Source of the DNA: an uncultured Bacilli bacterium
Lineage (GTDB): Bacteria; Bacillota_I; Bacilli_A; RF39; UBA660
DNA: 64,000 nt
Reading direction: 5' to 3'
Assembly: GCA_947630055.1 (NCBI GenBank)
Contig: CANRGA010000003.1
Coordinates: forward strand, 1,050-65,049
Position 1 is the first letter of the stretch; the number at the start of each line of letters is the position of its first letter. The notes beneath the pieces were generated by a model. It was not told where the DNA came from, searched no databases, and was given only the letters and a program-made list of their open reading frames with translations. Shown here in pieces: positions 17,316-30,800 of this stretch. The translations under genes were made by a program, and so were the position numbers.

Positions 17316-18062
17316 TTGGTACCTATTTTAAAAATTGATCGTAATTTTAAAGCGGTAGTAGCAGATCCGAATGATACTAAATTACTAGAATGTATTTTAA
17401 CAGATATTTTAGATGAAGAAGTACATATAGTAAAATTTATTTCTAATGAATTAAAAATAACAGATTTAATAGTTGAAACAAATAATGGAGAATGTCTACT
17501 TATTGAATTAAATAGTAATTATGATAATTCATTAAAATTAAGAAATTTATCATATTTTACTTCATATTATTCGCAAATAGTTGTAATAAATTTAAATTAT
17601 GGTATGAGTGAAAAAGAACCATTTAAAGAAATATATTATTTAAGAGGAAATATAACAGGAAGAATATATACGGATACTTTTAAAATAATCGATGTAAATC
17701 TTGATAAGTATAAAGAGAAATGGTACGATAAATGTATAGAAGGCGACAAAAAACATATATATCTAGTAATGTTAAATGCTAATTCAAAAGAAATAAAAAA
17801 ATTAAGTAAAAGAGATAAAATAATAAGGGAGTATGAGAAAAAGATGTTAACTTTAACAAAAGAAGGTGTAGTAATAAATCATTTGACACCAAAAGAGGAA
17901 GAAGAAAAATTAATGCGTTCAAGAATACATATGGCAGAAATAGAAGGAATTAATAAAGTTGCAATTAATCTTTTAAAAACAAATATGTCTATAGAATATA
18001 TTGAAAAAGTAACGGGACTTACGAAAAGAGAAATTAAAATATTAAAGGAAAAAATAAAATAA
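17316..18062 (+). CDS. Rpn/YhgA-like PD-(D/E)XK recombination-promoting nuclease/putative transposase
   Basis: TTG start after gggagg. N-terminal pattern ...FKAVVADPNDTKLLECILTDIL...DLIVETNNGECLLIELN... and a C-terminal HTH-like tail (SIEYIEKVTGLTKREIKIL) typical of the family. Confidence 0.6.
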   Translation: MVPILKIDRNFKAVVADPNDTKLLECILTDILDEEVHIVKFISNELKITDLIVETNNGECLLIELNSNYDNSLKLRNLSYFTSYYSQIVVINLNYGMSEKEPFKEIYYLRGNITGRIYTDTFKIIDVNLDKYKEKWYDKCIEGDKKHIYLVMLNANSKEIKKLSKRDKIIREYEKKMLTLTKEGVVINHLTPKEEEEKLMRSRIHMAEIEGINKVAINLLKTNMSIEYIEKVTGLTKREIKILKEKIK

Positions 18063-18120
18063 TTGATAATTAAATAGGCAAGAAAGATAAATTTGTAATA
18101 TAATTTAAGTAGGTGATTTT

Positions 18121-19452
18121 ATGTTAGAAAACAAAAAAATATTAATATTAGGATTAGCTAGAAGTGGTTATCATGTAGCTAGGTTATTAACTGCTAATAA
18201 TAATAGCAATGAAATAATTGTTACAGATAAAAATTTACCAGCTTTTAGTATATTAGATGAATTAAAAGAATTAGGAATTAAATTTGTTCAAAGTGATACA
18301 GCTGAAGAATTATTAGATGATACTTTTGATGTAATGATTAAAAATCCTGGAATTGAACCAACTCATCCTTGTGTAGTAAAAGCCACTAAATTAAATATTT
18401 CTATTGTTAATGAAATGGAGGTAGCTTATCATTATTTACCCAAAGATGTTAAAATTATTGGGATAACTGGTTCTAATGGTAAAACAACTACTACAACAAT
18501 GATATATGACTTAATGAAATTACATCATTTACCAGTAATACTTGGAGGTAATATTGGTTATCCTTTATCTGAAATAGTACCAATGGTAAGAGAAGGTGAT
18601 ATTTTAGTTTTAGAAATATCCGATCATCAATTATATAATTTAAAAGATTTTAAAACTGATATAAGTGTTCTTACTAATTTATGTCCAACTCATCTAGATT
18701 TTCATGGTAATTATGAAAATTATTTAAATATAAAGAAAAAAATATTTAATCACCATACTAATAATGATATAGCTATTATTAATAACCAAAATGAAGATAG
18801 TTTAAAAATAACTAAAGATATTCCATCACAAAAAATATATTTTAATAATGAAGAAAATTATTATAATGATGAAGGTATATATATAGATAAAGAATTAATA
18901 ATAAATTTAACTGATATTAAAATTAAAGGAACTCATAATTATGAAAATATTTTAGCCTCACTTTTAGTATTAAAAGAATTTGGTTTTGATAAAAAAATAA
19001 TTAAAGATTACTTAAATTCTTTTAATGGCGTAGAACATCGTTTAGAAGTTGTCGATAGTAACTCTGATGTTAAATTTTATAATGATTCAAAAGCTACTAA
19101 TCCAACTTCAACTTTGATTGCTTTAAAAACAATGCAAATGCCAACGCACTTAATTTTAGGTGGTAAAGAGCGAAGTCAAGACTTTAATGAATTAAATGAT
19201 AATATTAAAATAGTAAAAAAAATATATGCTATTGGCGAAGTAACAGATAGAGTATATGATTATGCAATGAGTTTAAATATACCATGTGTAAAGTGTTATA
19301 CTTTAGATAGAGCTATGTTAGAAATTAAAAATAATGTTCAAAATAGCGAAATAGTCTTATTATCACCAGCAAGTGCATCATGGGATCAATATGACAAATT
19401 TGAAACAAGGGGCGAAGAATTTAAAAAATTAGTTGAAAAATATTTCAATTAA
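18121..19452 (+). CDS. murD: UDP-N-acetylmuramoylalanine--D-glutamate ligase
   Basis: GLARSG Rossmann start, GITGSNGKTTT P-loop, Mur ligase C-terminal motifs (NDSKATN). Confidence 0.9.
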   Translation: MLENKKILILGLARSGYHVARLLTANNNSNEIIVTDKNLPAFSILDELKELGIKFVQSDTAEELLDDTFDVMIKNPGIEPTHPCVVKATKLNISIVNEMEVAYHYLPKDVKIIGITGSNGKTTTTTMIYDLMKLHHLPVILGGNIGYPLSEIVPMVREGDILVLEISDHQLYNLKDFKTDISVLTNLCPTHLDFHGNYENYLNIKKKIFNHHTNNDIAIINNQNEDSLKITKDIPSQKIYFNNEENYYNDEGIYIDKELIINLTDIKIKGTHNYENILASLLVLKEFGFDKKIIKDYLNSFNGVEHRLEVVDSNSDVKFYNDSKATNPTSTLIALKTMQMPTHLILGGKERSQDFNELNDNIKIVKKIYAIGEVTDRVYDYAMSLNIPCVKCYTLDRAMLEIKNNVQNSEIVLLSPASASWDQYDKFETRGEEFKKLVEKYFN

Positions 19453-19490
19453 AGTTATAATGGTAATAGTAGCAAAAGGGGCTGTAGATT

Positions 19491-20951
19491 ATGAATAATG
19501 AAAATAATAATAACGGAACAGTATTGGGTGGTGTAAATCCGAATCCAGTACCAACAAATGGCGTAGATAGTTTAGGAACTCCAACACCGGTTGGACCAGT
19601 AAATAGTGAAGGTGTAGTTAATCCGATACCTAATCCGGAACCAATAAATCCTACACCAACACCAGTAGAACCAACAATGCCATCGCCTACAGTACCTCCT
19701 GTAGCACCAGAGCCAGTAAATCCAATACCAGCTCCTAGTGTTAATTTAGAGGGACCTAGTCAACCAATGCCACAAACTCCGGTACAAGAACCAACACCGG
19801 TTCCTCCGGTAAATCCAACAGAAGTTCCACCAGTTGGTCAACCACTAGATGGTGCAGTTGGAGGACCTGTTCCACTTCAACCAAATGTTGAACCGACGCC
19901 AGCATATACAAATCCGCAAGCAGTAAATCCTACGCCAGGATTTGAAAGTTCAAATGTTATTGGTTCTAATCCACCAATGTCATTTGAGCCAGAAAAAGCT
20001 CCAAAAAAGAAATCTAATAATAAAAAAGTTTTTATAATTATAGTACTTTTAGTTTTAGCAGGTGTTGGCTTTGGAACATATTATGTATTAAATTATACTA
20101 ACATTTTAACGAAAAATTCTTCTAGTGTTAACATAAAAACAAATGATTTAGAAATAAATTTAGGTAGTGAATTATCTACTAATATTGCTGATTATGCTAC
20201 AATTACTGGTACAGATGCTAAAAATTGTAGTTTAAGTACAATAAATGTTAATGCTAATGAAGCAGGTGTATATGAATATACAGTTACTTGTGGTGAAATG
20301 CATAAGAATGGTAAAGTAACTGTTGTTGATAATACTGAATTAAAAGTAGCACTTAATACAGTTTATAAATCTAAGGGTGCTAATTTAGAAGCATCTGAAT
20401 TTGCTAAAACTGGTAGTAGTGTTAAATTAGAATTTGTTGATAGTAGTGAAGTAGAAAAATATTTATCAGGTAATGCTGGTACTTATACAGTAAAATTAAA
20501 AGCAACTGAAGATAGTAAAACTAGTGAAGTTGAAGGAAAATTAGTTGTATTAGATCATGAATTAAAAGGATTCTTAATTTGTACTTCAAAAGAACAAAAT
20601 GTTGAGAACTCTAATGCTAAAATGACAGTTGGTGAAAGTTTTGTAATTGTTGCTGATGGTACTAATAATATTTTTGGTAATATTGCCCAAGAGATTCATA
20701 CATTTACATTTAGTGATGTAACAGAATATGATGCTTTATTAGAAAAATATAATAAAGGTGAAGAAATTAGTATTAATAATATAACTGGTGAAGTAAGCTT
20801 TAATGATGAAGAAAAGAGTGTAACTATTGCTAATGATAAAAGTGTTAGTGAGTTAACAACTGAATATGGCGCTGAAACATTAAAAACTTATAGTTCTATT
20901 AGAACACATTTTACAACAAATTTAGGTTATACTTGTAAATTTTCTAAATAA
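19491..20951 (+). CDS. Membrane protein with Pro-rich low-complexity N-terminus, single TM and extracellular C-terminal domain
   Basis: About 170 aa of P/N/V/T-rich repeats, a KKKSNNKK stop-transfer, TM FIIIVLLVLAGVGFGTYYVL, then a globular region. No family recognised. Confidence 0.6.
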   Translation: MNNENNNNGTVLGGVNPNPVPTNGVDSLGTPTPVGPVNSEGVVNPIPNPEPINPTPTPVEPTMPSPTVPPVAPEPVNPIPAPSVNLEGPSQPMPQTPVQEPTPVPPVNPTEVPPVGQPLDGAVGGPVPLQPNVEPTPAYTNPQAVNPTPGFESSNVIGSNPPMSFEPEKAPKKKSNNKKVFIIIVLLVLAGVGFGTYYVLNYTNILTKNSSSVNIKTNDLEINLGSELSTNIADYATITGTDAKNCSLSTINVNANEAGVYEYTVTCGEMHKNGKVTVVDNTELKVALNTVYKSKGANLEASEFAKTGSSVKLEFVDSSEVEKYLSGNAGTYTVKLKATEDSKTSEVEGKLVVLDHELKGFLICTSKEQNVENSNAKMTVGESFVIVADGTNNIFGNIAQEIHTFTFSDVTEYDALLEKYNKGEEISINNITGEVSFNDEEKSVTIANDKSVSELTTEYGAETLKTYSSIRTHFTTNLGYTCKFSK

Positions 20952-21037
20952 TTAAAAGGGTTTAACCCTTTTTTTATTTTTCTTCTTTTTAATACTAATA
21001 ATATATGTTATAATTTGTTAGCAAAGAAGTGATTAAA

Positions 21038-22159
21038 ATGGTTTATTTAGATTATAGTGCTACTACACCAGTAAATAGTGAAGTTTTAAGTACCTATAAT
21101 GAAGTAACTAATAAATTTATTGGCAATGCTAATTCTTTACATAAATTAGGAATAAATGCTAATAAATTAATTGCAAGTGCTACTGAACAAATAAAAGAAC
21201 TTTTACATATTGAAAATAAAGAAATAATTTATACTAGTTCTTCTAGTGAAGCAATTAATTTAGCTATTAAAGGTATTGCTTCTAAATATCAAAATAGAGG
21301 TAAACATATTATTACTACTCACTTTGAACATTCATCAGTTTATGGCGCACTTAATTATTTACAAACTTTAGGTTATGAAATATCTTATGTTCAAAGCGAT
21401 CAAAATGGTTTAATAGATTTAAATAATTTAAAAGAAATAATAAGAGAAGATACTATTTTAGTTGTTGTTAATGCTATCAATAGTGAAATAGGTATAAAAC
21501 AACCAGTAGAAGAAATAGGTAATATATTAAAAGATAATAAAGCATTTTATATGGTTGATTTAACTCAAAGTATAGGTAAAGTTAATATTAATTTAGATAA
21601 AATAGATTTAGGAGTTTTTTCTGCTCATAAAATATATGGTTTAAAAGGAATAGCATGTTTATTTAAAAATAAAAATATCTTATTAGAGCCATTGATTCAT
21701 GGTGGTAAATCAACCACAATTTATCGAAGTGGTACTCCTAATCATCCTTTAATCGCAGCATTTGCAAAATCTTTACGTTTAGCTTTAACTGATTTAGATT
21801 ATAAATATACTTATGTTAAAAAATTAAATGATTATATCAAAGAAAATTTGCAACAATTTGTTGATGTTTATATAAATAGTAATGATTATTGTATTCCGCA
21901 TATTTTAAATATAAGTGTAGTGGGCATAAAAGCTGAGACTATGATGCATGCTTTAGAGGAAGAAGATATTTATGTTTCTACTAAGTCAGCTTGTAGTGAT
22001 AATGAATCAAAAAGTGAAAGTGTTTATTGTTTGACAAATGATGAAAATAGAGCTAAATCAAGTATTAGAATTAGTTTATCATCATTAACTACTAAAGAAG
22101 AAATAGATAAATTTTTAGAAGTATTTGCAGAAAAATATCATAAATTAAAGATGGATTAA
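21038..22159 (+). CDS. Cysteine desulfurase (class V aminotransferase, NifS/IscS-like)
   Basis: YLDYSATTP start, the SAHKIYG PLP-lysine motif, and a C-terminal SACS-type active-site Cys region (STKSACS). Confidence 0.85.
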   Translation: MVYLDYSATTPVNSEVLSTYNEVTNKFIGNANSLHKLGINANKLIASATEQIKELLHIENKEIIYTSSSSEAINLAIKGIASKYQNRGKHIITTHFEHSSVYGALNYLQTLGYEISYVQSDQNGLIDLNNLKEIIREDTILVVVNAINSEIGIKQPVEEIGNILKDNKAFYMVDLTQSIGKVNINLDKIDLGVFSAHKIYGLKGIACLFKNKNILLEPLIHGGKSTTIYRSGTPNHPLIAAFAKSLRLALTDLDYKYTYVKKLNDYIKENLQQFVDVYINSNDYCIPHILNISVVGIKAETMMHALEEEDIYVSTKSACSDNESKSESVYCLTNDENRAKSSIRISLSSLTTKEEIDKFLEVFAEKYHKLKMD

Positions 22160-22223
22160 CATCTTTTTTTCTTTTTCTAGTTATTTTAACTTGGCATAAT
22201 ATTATATGCAACATATTTTATAA

Positions 22224-22745
<522 letters not shown>

Positions 22746-22844
22746 AATAAAAGGCTTAAAGCCTTTTTTAATTTTTAATAAAATTTTTTTAGTTGACAAA
22801 TTTTTTTAATAATTTATAATAATTAACCACAAAGGGATGATTAT

Positions 22845-23516
22845 ATGCCTAATAAAAGTTTTTTAATTGGTGAAGTTATAAGTAATTTATATCGTTATGG
22901 TTCATCTTCTTTACAAATAGTTAATGATGATATTACTGATAAAGACTGGTTAATTCATTTTAATGTTAATAAAAATGGTGATATAGATATTTATAGAGAA
23001 AGTATTATTTATACGGATGATAGTAAAGAAGAAATAGAAGATAAATATTTTTGGAATGTTGATTCTTCTGAAATAGATTATTATATATCTTATCTTCTTA
23101 GTGCATCTTTAACTGGTGGTTTAAAAGAAATATCTGATCATTCTTTAGATCAAAGTAAAGAGTTAAATAGTGTAGTTGAAAAAATGTATACTTTAGCAAG
23201 ACCAAAATTAAATATTAGCAATAAAGAAATTACAGAAACATTTACTGATAATGATTTAATTATGTTAGATATATTTAATAAAAAAGATAGTGGTAATGTT
23301 ACTATTCCAGAATATGATTTTCCAGAAGATTTAATAAATGAATTAAATATGTTATTAGAAGATTTAGAAAATAGAATAGATAATATTAGAGAATTATATG
23401 CTAAACTTGTAAGTGGTAATTTAGGACAACTTAATATTAATATTGAAAATTGGTTAAATTTAAGATGTGATGAAAGTATACCAGAAGTTCCTAGTATAAA
23501 TAGTTTAAAAAGATAG
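22845..23516 (+). CDS. Hypothetical protein
   Basis: Long ORF with an RBS-like agggatga. Acidic protein; no family recognised. Confidence 0.5.
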   Translation: MPNKSFLIGEVISNLYRYGSSSLQIVNDDITDKDWLIHFNVNKNGDIDIYRESIIYTDDSKEEIEDKYFWNVDSSEIDYYISYLLSASLTGGLKEISDHSLDQSKELNSVVEKMYTLARPKLNISNKEITETFTDNDLIMLDIFNKKDSGNVTIPEYDFPEDLINELNMLLEDLENRIDNIRELYAKLVSGNLGQLNINIENWLNLRCDESIPEVPSINSLKR

Positions 23517-23609
23517 TTAAAAAAGCGTAAATCATTTAGGCTTTTTTTCTTGTCAGTATTATTTAAATATGGTATACTCATTTATATTGAAAGAAACGGG
23601 GATAAATAT

Positions 23610-24200
23610 TTGGAACATTATTTTACTAATAATGAAAATTTAAAAAGTAATTTACATGACATAAAATTTTCTTTTGCTGCATATAATTTTACGTTTAAGA
23701 GTGATAATGGTGTATTTTCGAAAAATAAAGTTGATTATGCTTCTTTGTTTTTAGTAAATACTTTTTTAAAAATAAATAAAAGAGAAGTTAATAGTATTTT
23801 AGATATTGGTTGTGGTTATGGTTTTATTGGGATAACTTTAAGTAAAGTGTTAGATAAGCATGTTGATATGTTTGATATAAATAAAAGAGCAGTGCATCTG
23901 TGTGAGATGAATATTAAAGAAAATGAGGTAGATGCTACTGCTCTAGTAAGTAACATATATGAAAGTGTTACTAATAAATATGATTTAATTATTACTAATC
24001 CGCCAATTAGAGCAGGAAAAGATGTATTAAGAGAATTTTTAAAAGGTGGCTTAGCAAAATTAAATAAAGATGGCGAATTATGGTTTGTCATATCCAAGGA
24101 TAAGGGTGCTAAAAGCATAAAAGAAGAACTGGATAATGTATGTACAACCAATATAATAGCAAAAAGTAAAGGATTTTGGGTAATTTCTTTAAAAAATTAG
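23610..24200 (+). CDS. Class I SAM-dependent methyltransferase (RsmC/RsmD-like small-domain MTase)
   Basis: Likely TTG start giving (M)EHYFTNN.... SAM motif I ILDIGCGYGFIG and motif IV IITNPPIRAG. Confidence 0.75.
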   Translation: MEHYFTNNENLKSNLHDIKFSFAAYNFTFKSDNGVFSKNKVDYASLFLVNTFLKINKREVNSILDIGCGYGFIGITLSKVLDKHVDMFDINKRAVHLCEMNIKENEVDATALVSNIYESVTNKYDLIITNPPIRAGKDVLREFLKGGLAKLNKDGELWFVISKDKGAKSIKEELDNVCTTNIIAKSKGFWVISLKN

Positions 24201-24289
24201 TTGACTTCCCTTTATTTTATTGTTAAAATTATAAATTGGTGACGTATTTATATTTTCCAAATTAAAAATACTTGTATAGGGGTGATATC

Positions 24290-27200
24290 GTGGCTTATAA
24301 GACCTTAAAATTTGGTGATTATCGTGAAAGAAGAAGCTTTTCAAAATCAAAAAATACGCTAGAACTTGCTGATTTACTAGAAATTCAAAAGAAAAGTTAT
24401 CAAGACTTCTTAGAAAAAGGAATTAGAGAAGTTTTTGATGATTTATTTCCTGTGGAATCATTTACTGGTAACATTTCTTTGGAATTTGGTGATTATTCTT
24501 TTGAAGAACCAAGATATTCTATTAAAGAAGCAAAAGAAAGAATGGTAAACTATGCAACTCCACTAAAAGTGCAAGCAAGAGTTTTCATTCATGAAACAGG
24601 AGAAGTAAAAGAACAAGAAATATTCTTGGGTGACATGCCTTTAATGACTGAGGCCGGAACATTTATTATTAATGGTGCCGAAAGAGTTATTGTATCTCAA
24701 CTTGTAAGAAGTCCATCTATTTATTTCAAAAGAGAAATAGATAAGAATGGTCGTCGTATTATTTCTGGTGAAGTTATACCTAATAAAGGTACTTGGCTAG
24801 AATTTGAAACTGATGCGAAGAATATTGTTTATGTTAGAATTGACAGAACAAGAAAAGTACCAGTTACAACATTCTTAAGAGCAATAGGTTTATCTAGTGA
24901 TGAAGATATTACTAGTGTTTTTGGTGAGAATGAATATTTAAAGAATACTATTGCAAAAGATAGTACGAAAAATACTGACGAAGCACTTATTGAAATTTAT
25001 GAAAAATTAAGACCTGGTGAACCAGCTACTTTAGATAGTGCTAAGAACCAATTAATAACTAGATTCTTTGATAGATTCCGTTATGATTTAGCTAAAGTTG
25101 GTCGTTATAAATTTAATAAGAAATTAAATGTTACTGAGAGATTACTTGGTTGTACTTTAGCAGAAGATATTAAAGATGGTAAAAAAGTAGTAGCAGCTAA
25201 AGGAACATTAATTGATAAAAAAGTTCTTGCTGATTTAAAAGAAGTATTTGCTAAAGATTATAATTTACAAGAAACTATTACTAATATGGAACTTGATGAT
25301 TATAATAAGATTCAAACAGTACTTGTATATGATAAAATTGATAATAAGAGAGTAGTAAAAGTTATTGGTATTGATACAACTGTTGATGAAAAGAGACTTA
25401 CCATACCTGATATTTATGCTGCTGTATCATATTATTTAAATTTACATGATAATATTGGTAATACTGATGAAATAGATAATTTAGGTAACAGAAGAGTAAG
25501 ACAAGTTGGTGAACTTATTCAAAACCAATTTAGAACTGGTGTTGCGAGAATGGAGAGAGTTATTCGTGAAAGAATGACTACGCAAGAAGTTGAAAATATT
25601 ACACCAAAGACTTTAATTAACATTCGTCCAGTTACGGCTGCTTTAAAAGAATTCTTTGGTTCATCTCAATTATCAAAATTCATGGATCAAATTAATCCAA
25701 TTGCCGAACTTACTGATAAAAGACGTTTATCAAGTTTAGGGCCTGGTGGACTTTCTCGTGAACGTGCTGGTATGGAAGTACGTGATGTTAACTCATCTCA
25801 CTATGGTAGAATTTGTCCGATAGAGTCTCCAGAAGGTCAAAATATCGGTTTAATTACTTCTTTAGCAGGATATGCAAAAATTAACGAATATGGTTTCATA
25901 ATGACTCCTTATCGTAAAGTAGAAAATGCTAAAGTATTAGATGAAATAGTTTATATGACTGCTGATGAAGAACAAGATTTATATATCAGCCAAGCAACAG
26001 TTAATCTAGATAAAGATAATAAAATAGTAGAAGATGAAATCCTAGTTCGTCATAATGGCGATAACGTTATGGTAAAAAAAGAACTAGTTGATTATGTCGA
26101 TGTTGCACCAAGTCAAGTTGTATCTATTACAACAAGTTGTATTCCATTCTTGGAATTCGATGATGCGAACCGTACCTTAATGGGTTCAAACATGCAACGT
26201 CAAGCAGTACCACTTTTAACTAGTGAAGCACCAATTGTTGGTACAGGTGTAGAGTGGATTGCGGCTCGTGATTCTGGTTCAACTATCGTATGTAAAGCCG
26301 ATGGTGTTGTTGAATATGCTGATGCTCTAAAAATTGTTGTTAAAGTAAAACAAGGTGAAGATACTTATCATCTAGCTAACTTTGAACGTAGTAATGCATC
26401 TAGTGCGATTAATCATCATCCACTTGTTAAAAAAGGTGATAAAGTTCATAAAGGTCAAGTTATTGCTGATGGTCCTTCAACTGAAGGCGGTGAACTTGCT
26501 TTAGGTAAAAATATGACTGTAGCTTTCATGACTTATAATGGTTATAACTATGAAGATGCCGTTATCTTAAATGAAAGATTAGTAAAAGATGATGTTTATA
26601 CATCTCTACATATCGATCACTATGATATTGAATGCCGTGATACTAAATTAGGTCCAGAAGAAATTACGAGAGATATTCCAAATGTTGGGGAAGATGCTCG
26701 TAAGAATCTAGATGCTGATGGTATTATTAGAATAGGTACTGAGGTAAAAGAAGGCGATATTCTAGTTGGTAAAGTTACACCAAAAGGTGTTCAAGAATTA
26801 ACTAGTGAAGAAAAATTATTACATGCTATATTTGGTGAAAAAACACGTGAAGTAAGAGATACATCACTACGTGTTGAACATGGTGCTGGTGGAGTTGTTC
26901 ACGATGTTAAAGTTTATACCAAAGAAAATAGTGATGAACTACAACCAGGAGTATCAAAAGTAATTCGTGTATATATTATTCAAAAGAGAAAAATCCAAAT
27001 CGGTGATAAAATGTCAGGTCGTCATGGTAACAAAGGTGTTATCTCTCTAGTATTACCAGAAGAAGATATGCCATATTTACCAGATGGTCGTCCAGTAGAT
27101 ATTATGCTTAATCCATTAGGTGTTCCATCTCGTATGAATATCGGTCAAATCCTAGAATTACACTTAGGTATGGCTGGTAAAAAATTAGGTGTTCATTATG

Positions 27201-27895
27201 CAACTCCAGTATTTGATTCAGCATCTTGGGAAGATATCCAAGAAGAAATGAAAGAAGCCGGAATGGATCCAGATGGAAAAACTGTTCTATACAATGGTCG
27301 TACTGGTGAGCCATTTGATCAAAGAATATCTGTTGGTGTAATGTACATGGTTAAATTACATCACATGGTTGATGATAAATTACATGCTCGTGCAACGGGA
27401 CCTTATTCATTAGTTACCCAACAACCACTTGGTGGTAAAGCCCAATTCGGTGGTCAAAGATTTGGTGAAATGGAAGTTTGGGCTCTATATGCTTATGGTG
27501 CTGCTCATGTACTTCAAGAAATTTTAACAGTTAAAGCCGATGATATCGTAGGTCGTGTTAAAGTTTATGAAGCCTTAGTTAAAGGTAAACTTGTAAATCA
27601 AGCTGGTGTACCAGAATCATTTAGAGTATTAGTTAAAGAATTCCAAGCTTTAGGTTTAGATGTTCAAGTAATTGACAATGATGATAATGTTCTAGAATTT
27701 AAAGATATTGAAGAGGAAGAAGATGGCGATGAACCATTCAGAATCGAAGAAATAGAACTTCCAAACAATGAAGATAGTGAAGAACATGAAGAACCATTTA
27801 CAGAAACAGAAGAATCTGAAGAAGATGAAGAAGAAACATCACTTGATGATTTAGAATTTCCAGAAGACTTAGAAGAAGATATCGAGGTGGAATAA
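24290..27895 (+). CDS. rpoB: DNA-directed RNA polymerase subunit beta
   Basis: Unmistakable RpoB sequence throughout. GTG 24290 gives an N-terminus matching (M)[16 protein letters not shown]. It has an unusually long acidic C-terminal tail. Confidence 0.97.
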   Translation: MAYKTLKFGDYRERRSFSKSKNTLELADLLEIQKKSYQDFLEKGIREVFDDLFPVESFTGNISLEFGDYSFEEPRYSIKEAKERMVNYATPLKVQARVFIHETGEVKEQEIFLGDMPLMTEAGTFIINGAERVIVSQLVRSPSIYFKREIDKNGRRIISGEVIPNKGTWLEFETDAKNIVYVRIDRTRKVPVTTFLRAIGLSSDEDITSVFGENEYLKNTIAKDSTKNTDEALIEIYEKLRPGEPATLDSAKNQLITRFFDRFRYDLAKVGRYKFNKKLNVTERLLGCTLAEDIKDGKKVVAAKGTLIDKKVLADLKEVFAKDYNLQETITNMELDDYNKIQTVLVYDKIDNKRVVKVIGIDTTVDEKRLTIPDIYAAVSYYLNLHDNIGNTDEIDNLGNRRVRQVGELIQNQFRTGVARMERVIRERMTTQEVENITPKTLINIRPVTAALKEFFGSSQLSKFMDQINPIAELTDKRRLSSLGPGGLSRERAGMEVRDVNSSHYGRICPIESPEGQNIGLITSLAGYAKINEYGFIMTPYRKVENAKVLDEIVYMTADEEQDLYISQATVNLDKDNKIVEDEILVRHNGDNVMVKKELVDYVDVAPSQVVSITTSCIPFLEFDDANRTLMGSNMQRQAVPLLTSEAPIVGTGVEWIAARDSGSTIVCKADGVVEYADALKIVVKVKQGEDTYHLANFERSNASSAINHHPLVKKGDKVHKGQVIADGPSTEGGELALGKNMTVAFMTYNGYNYEDAVILNERLVKDDVYTSLHIDHYDIECRDTKLGPEEITRDIPNVGEDARKNLDADGIIRIGTEVKEGDILVGKVTPKGVQELTSEEKLLHAIFGEKTREVRDTSLRVEHGAGGVVHDVKVYTKENSDELQPGVSKVIRVYIIQKRKIQIGDKMSGRHGNKGVISLVLPEEDMPYLPDGRPVDIMLNPLGVPSRMNIGQILELHLGMAGKKLGVHYATPVFDSASWEDIQEEMKEAGMDPDGKTVLYNGRTGEPFDQRISVGVMYMVKLHHMVDDKLHARATGPYSLVTQQPLGGKAQFGGQRFGEMEVWALYAYGAAHVLQEILTVKADDIVGRVKVYEALVKGKLVNQAGVPESFRVLVKEFQALGLDVQVIDNDDNVLEFKDIEEEEDGDEPFRIEEIELPNNEDSEEHEEPFTETEESEEDEEETSLDDLEFPEDLEEDIEVE

Positions 27896-30800
27896 TGATA
27901 GATGTAAGTAAATTTAAAGGTATTAAAATAAGCATTGCTTCTCCAGAAAAGATTCGTAGTTGGTCTTATGGTGAAGTAAAAAAACCAGAAACTATCAATT
28001 ATCGTACATTAAAACCTGAAAGAGATGGACTATTCTGTGAAAAGATATTTGGTCCAACTAAAGATTTTGAATGTTCATGTGGAAAATATAAAAGACTAAG
28101 ATATAAAAATGTTGTTTGTGATCGTTGTGGGGTTGAGGTTACAAGAAGTAAAGTAAGACGTGAGAGAATGGGGCATATTGAACTTGCTGCCCCTTGCTCA
28201 CACATTTGGTTCTTTAAAGGTGTTCCATCTAAGATGGGCTTAGTTCTTGATATGAGTCCAAGAGATCTAGAAGAAGTACTATACTTTGTTAGTTATGTTG
28301 TAATTGACCCAGGTAATGTACCTCTAGAAGAAAAACAAACTTTATCAGATAAAGAATATCGTGCTTATTATGAAAAATATGGTAATAGTTTCAAAGTAGG
28401 TATGGGTGCAGAGGCAATTCAAGAACTTCTAAAAAGAGTAGATATTGATAAAGAAGTAGAAAATGTTCGTAAAGAATTAGAAAACGCTACTAGTCAAAAA
28501 AGAATTCGTCTAGTTAAAAGATTAGATGCTCTAGTATCATTCCAAGAATCAGGCAATAAACCAGAATGGATGGTACTTACTGTACTTCCTGTTATTCCAC
28601 CAGAGCTAAGACCAATGATTCAACTAGATGGTGGTAGATTTGCAACATCAGACTTAAATGATTTATATAGAAGAATTATTAATCGTAATAATCGTTTAAA
28701 GAAATTACTAGAACTTGGAGCTCCAACAATTATTGTTCAAAATGAAAAACGTATGCTTCAAGAAGCTGTTGACTCTTTATTTGATAATGGTCGAAGAGGT
28801 AGAAGTATCACGGCTGCATCTAACAGACCTTTAAAGAGTTTATCTAGTATGTTAAAAGGTAAACAAGGACGTTTCCGTCAAAACTTACTAGGAAAACGTG
28901 TTGATTATTCTGGTCGTTCAGTTATTGTTGTTGGACCAAATTTAAAAATGTATCAATGTGGCCTTCCGAAAGAAATGGCTATTGAACTATTTAAACCTCA
29001 TGTTATTCATGGTTTAGTCGAAAGAGGCCTTGCTCATAATATTAAGGGCGCTAAAAAGTTAATTGAAGCTCGTGATGAGAGTGTTTGGGATATTGTTGAA
29101 GATGTTATTACGGAATATCCAGTAATGTTAAATAGAGCCCCAACACTACATAGACTTGGTATTCAAGCATTCGAACCAAAATTAGTTGGTGGTAAAGCGA
29201 TTCGTTTACACCCATTAGTTTGTACTGCATTTAACGCTGACTTCGATGGTGACCAAATGGCTGTCCATGTACCACTTTCCGAAGAAGCAAAAGCAGAAGC
29301 ACGTATTTTAATGCTTGGTGCTAACAACATCTTAAATCCAAAAGATGGAAAACCAATTGTTACACCTTCTCAAGATATGGTTTTAGGTAATTGTTACCTT
29401 ACTATGGAAGAGACTGGTGGTAACAATGAAGGTAAAGCATATAAGAATTGTAATGAAGCTCTAATGGCTTATGAAAGAAGAGATATTGATCTTCATACAA
29501 GAATTGCTATTCCAGTTAAATCATTTAAACATAAATTATTTACAGAAGAACAACAAGATAAATATTTAGTAACAACTGTAGGTAAAATTAAATTTAATGA
29601 AATTCTTCCAGATACATTCCCATATTTAAACGAAGGTACTAAAGAAAATATTGAAGGTATTACACCAAGTAAATATTTCTTACCAATGGGAACTAACTTA
29701 GAAGAAGAAATTAAAAAAATGCCTTTAGTTGGTCCATTTGTTCAAAAGACTTTAGGTCAAATAATTGCGCAAGTATTTAAAAGATATAAAACTACTGAAA
29801 CATCAGTAATGCTTGATAAATTAAAAGACCAAGGATTTAAATATTCAACTGTTGCTGGTATTACTGTTTCTGCTGCTGATGTAGTAAGAAGTGATGCCAA
29901 AGAAGCAATTATTGAAGAAGCTAAAAAGAGAGTAGATAAAATTAATAAACAATATCAAAAAGGTTTAATTACTGAATCTGAAAGATATAATGGTGTTATT
30001 CAAATCTGGAGTGAAGCTACTGATCAAGTTAAAGATGCTCTAGCTGAAATTGCTAAAGATAACTTTACTAACCCAATATTCATGATGATGAATAGTGGTG
30101 CTCGTGGTAAGATTTCTAACTTTACTCAACTTGCTGGTATGCGGGGCTTAATGGCTAAACCAGATGGTACAACCGTTGAAATTCCAATTACATCATGCTT
30201 TATGGAAGGCTTATCAGTATCAGAATTCTTCTTATCAACACATGGTTCAAGAAAAGGTTCAGCAGATACTGCCCTTCGTACTGCCGATTCAGGATACTTA
30301 ACAAGAAGACTTGTTGATGTTGCGCAAGATATAATCGTTAAAGAACATGACTGTGGTTCAATGCAAGGTGTTGTTGTTTACGATTTAATTAATGATAAAG
30401 ATGGTTCAGTTATTGAATCACTTGAAGAGAGAATTTTAGGAAGATTTGCTTCTAAGAAAATTGTTGATCCAGAAACTAAGAAAACAATTGTTGAAGCAGG
30501 CGAAATGATAAATGAAAATGCTGTTGCTAAAATATTAAAAGCAGGCATTAAAAAGGTTGAAATTAGAAGTGTTCTTACTTGTAAAACAGTTGGTGGCGTT
30601 TGTCAAAAATGTTATGGCCGTAACCTTGCTACTGGTAACTTAGTTGAAACTGGTGAAGCTGTTGGTATTATGGCTGCTCAATCTATTGGTGAACCAGGTA
30701 CTCAACTTACCATGCGTACATTCCATACTGGTGGTGTTGCTGGTGGAGACGATATTACCCAAGGTCTACCAAGAGTTGAAGAATTATTTGAAGCTCGTAC

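Noticed and set aside
27700-27895. Acidic ~60-aa C-terminal tail of RpoB as a possible fused gene
   Set aside because: It is continuous in frame with rpoB and immediately abuts the rpoC start (ATGA overlap). It is most simply a lineage-specific acidic extension.
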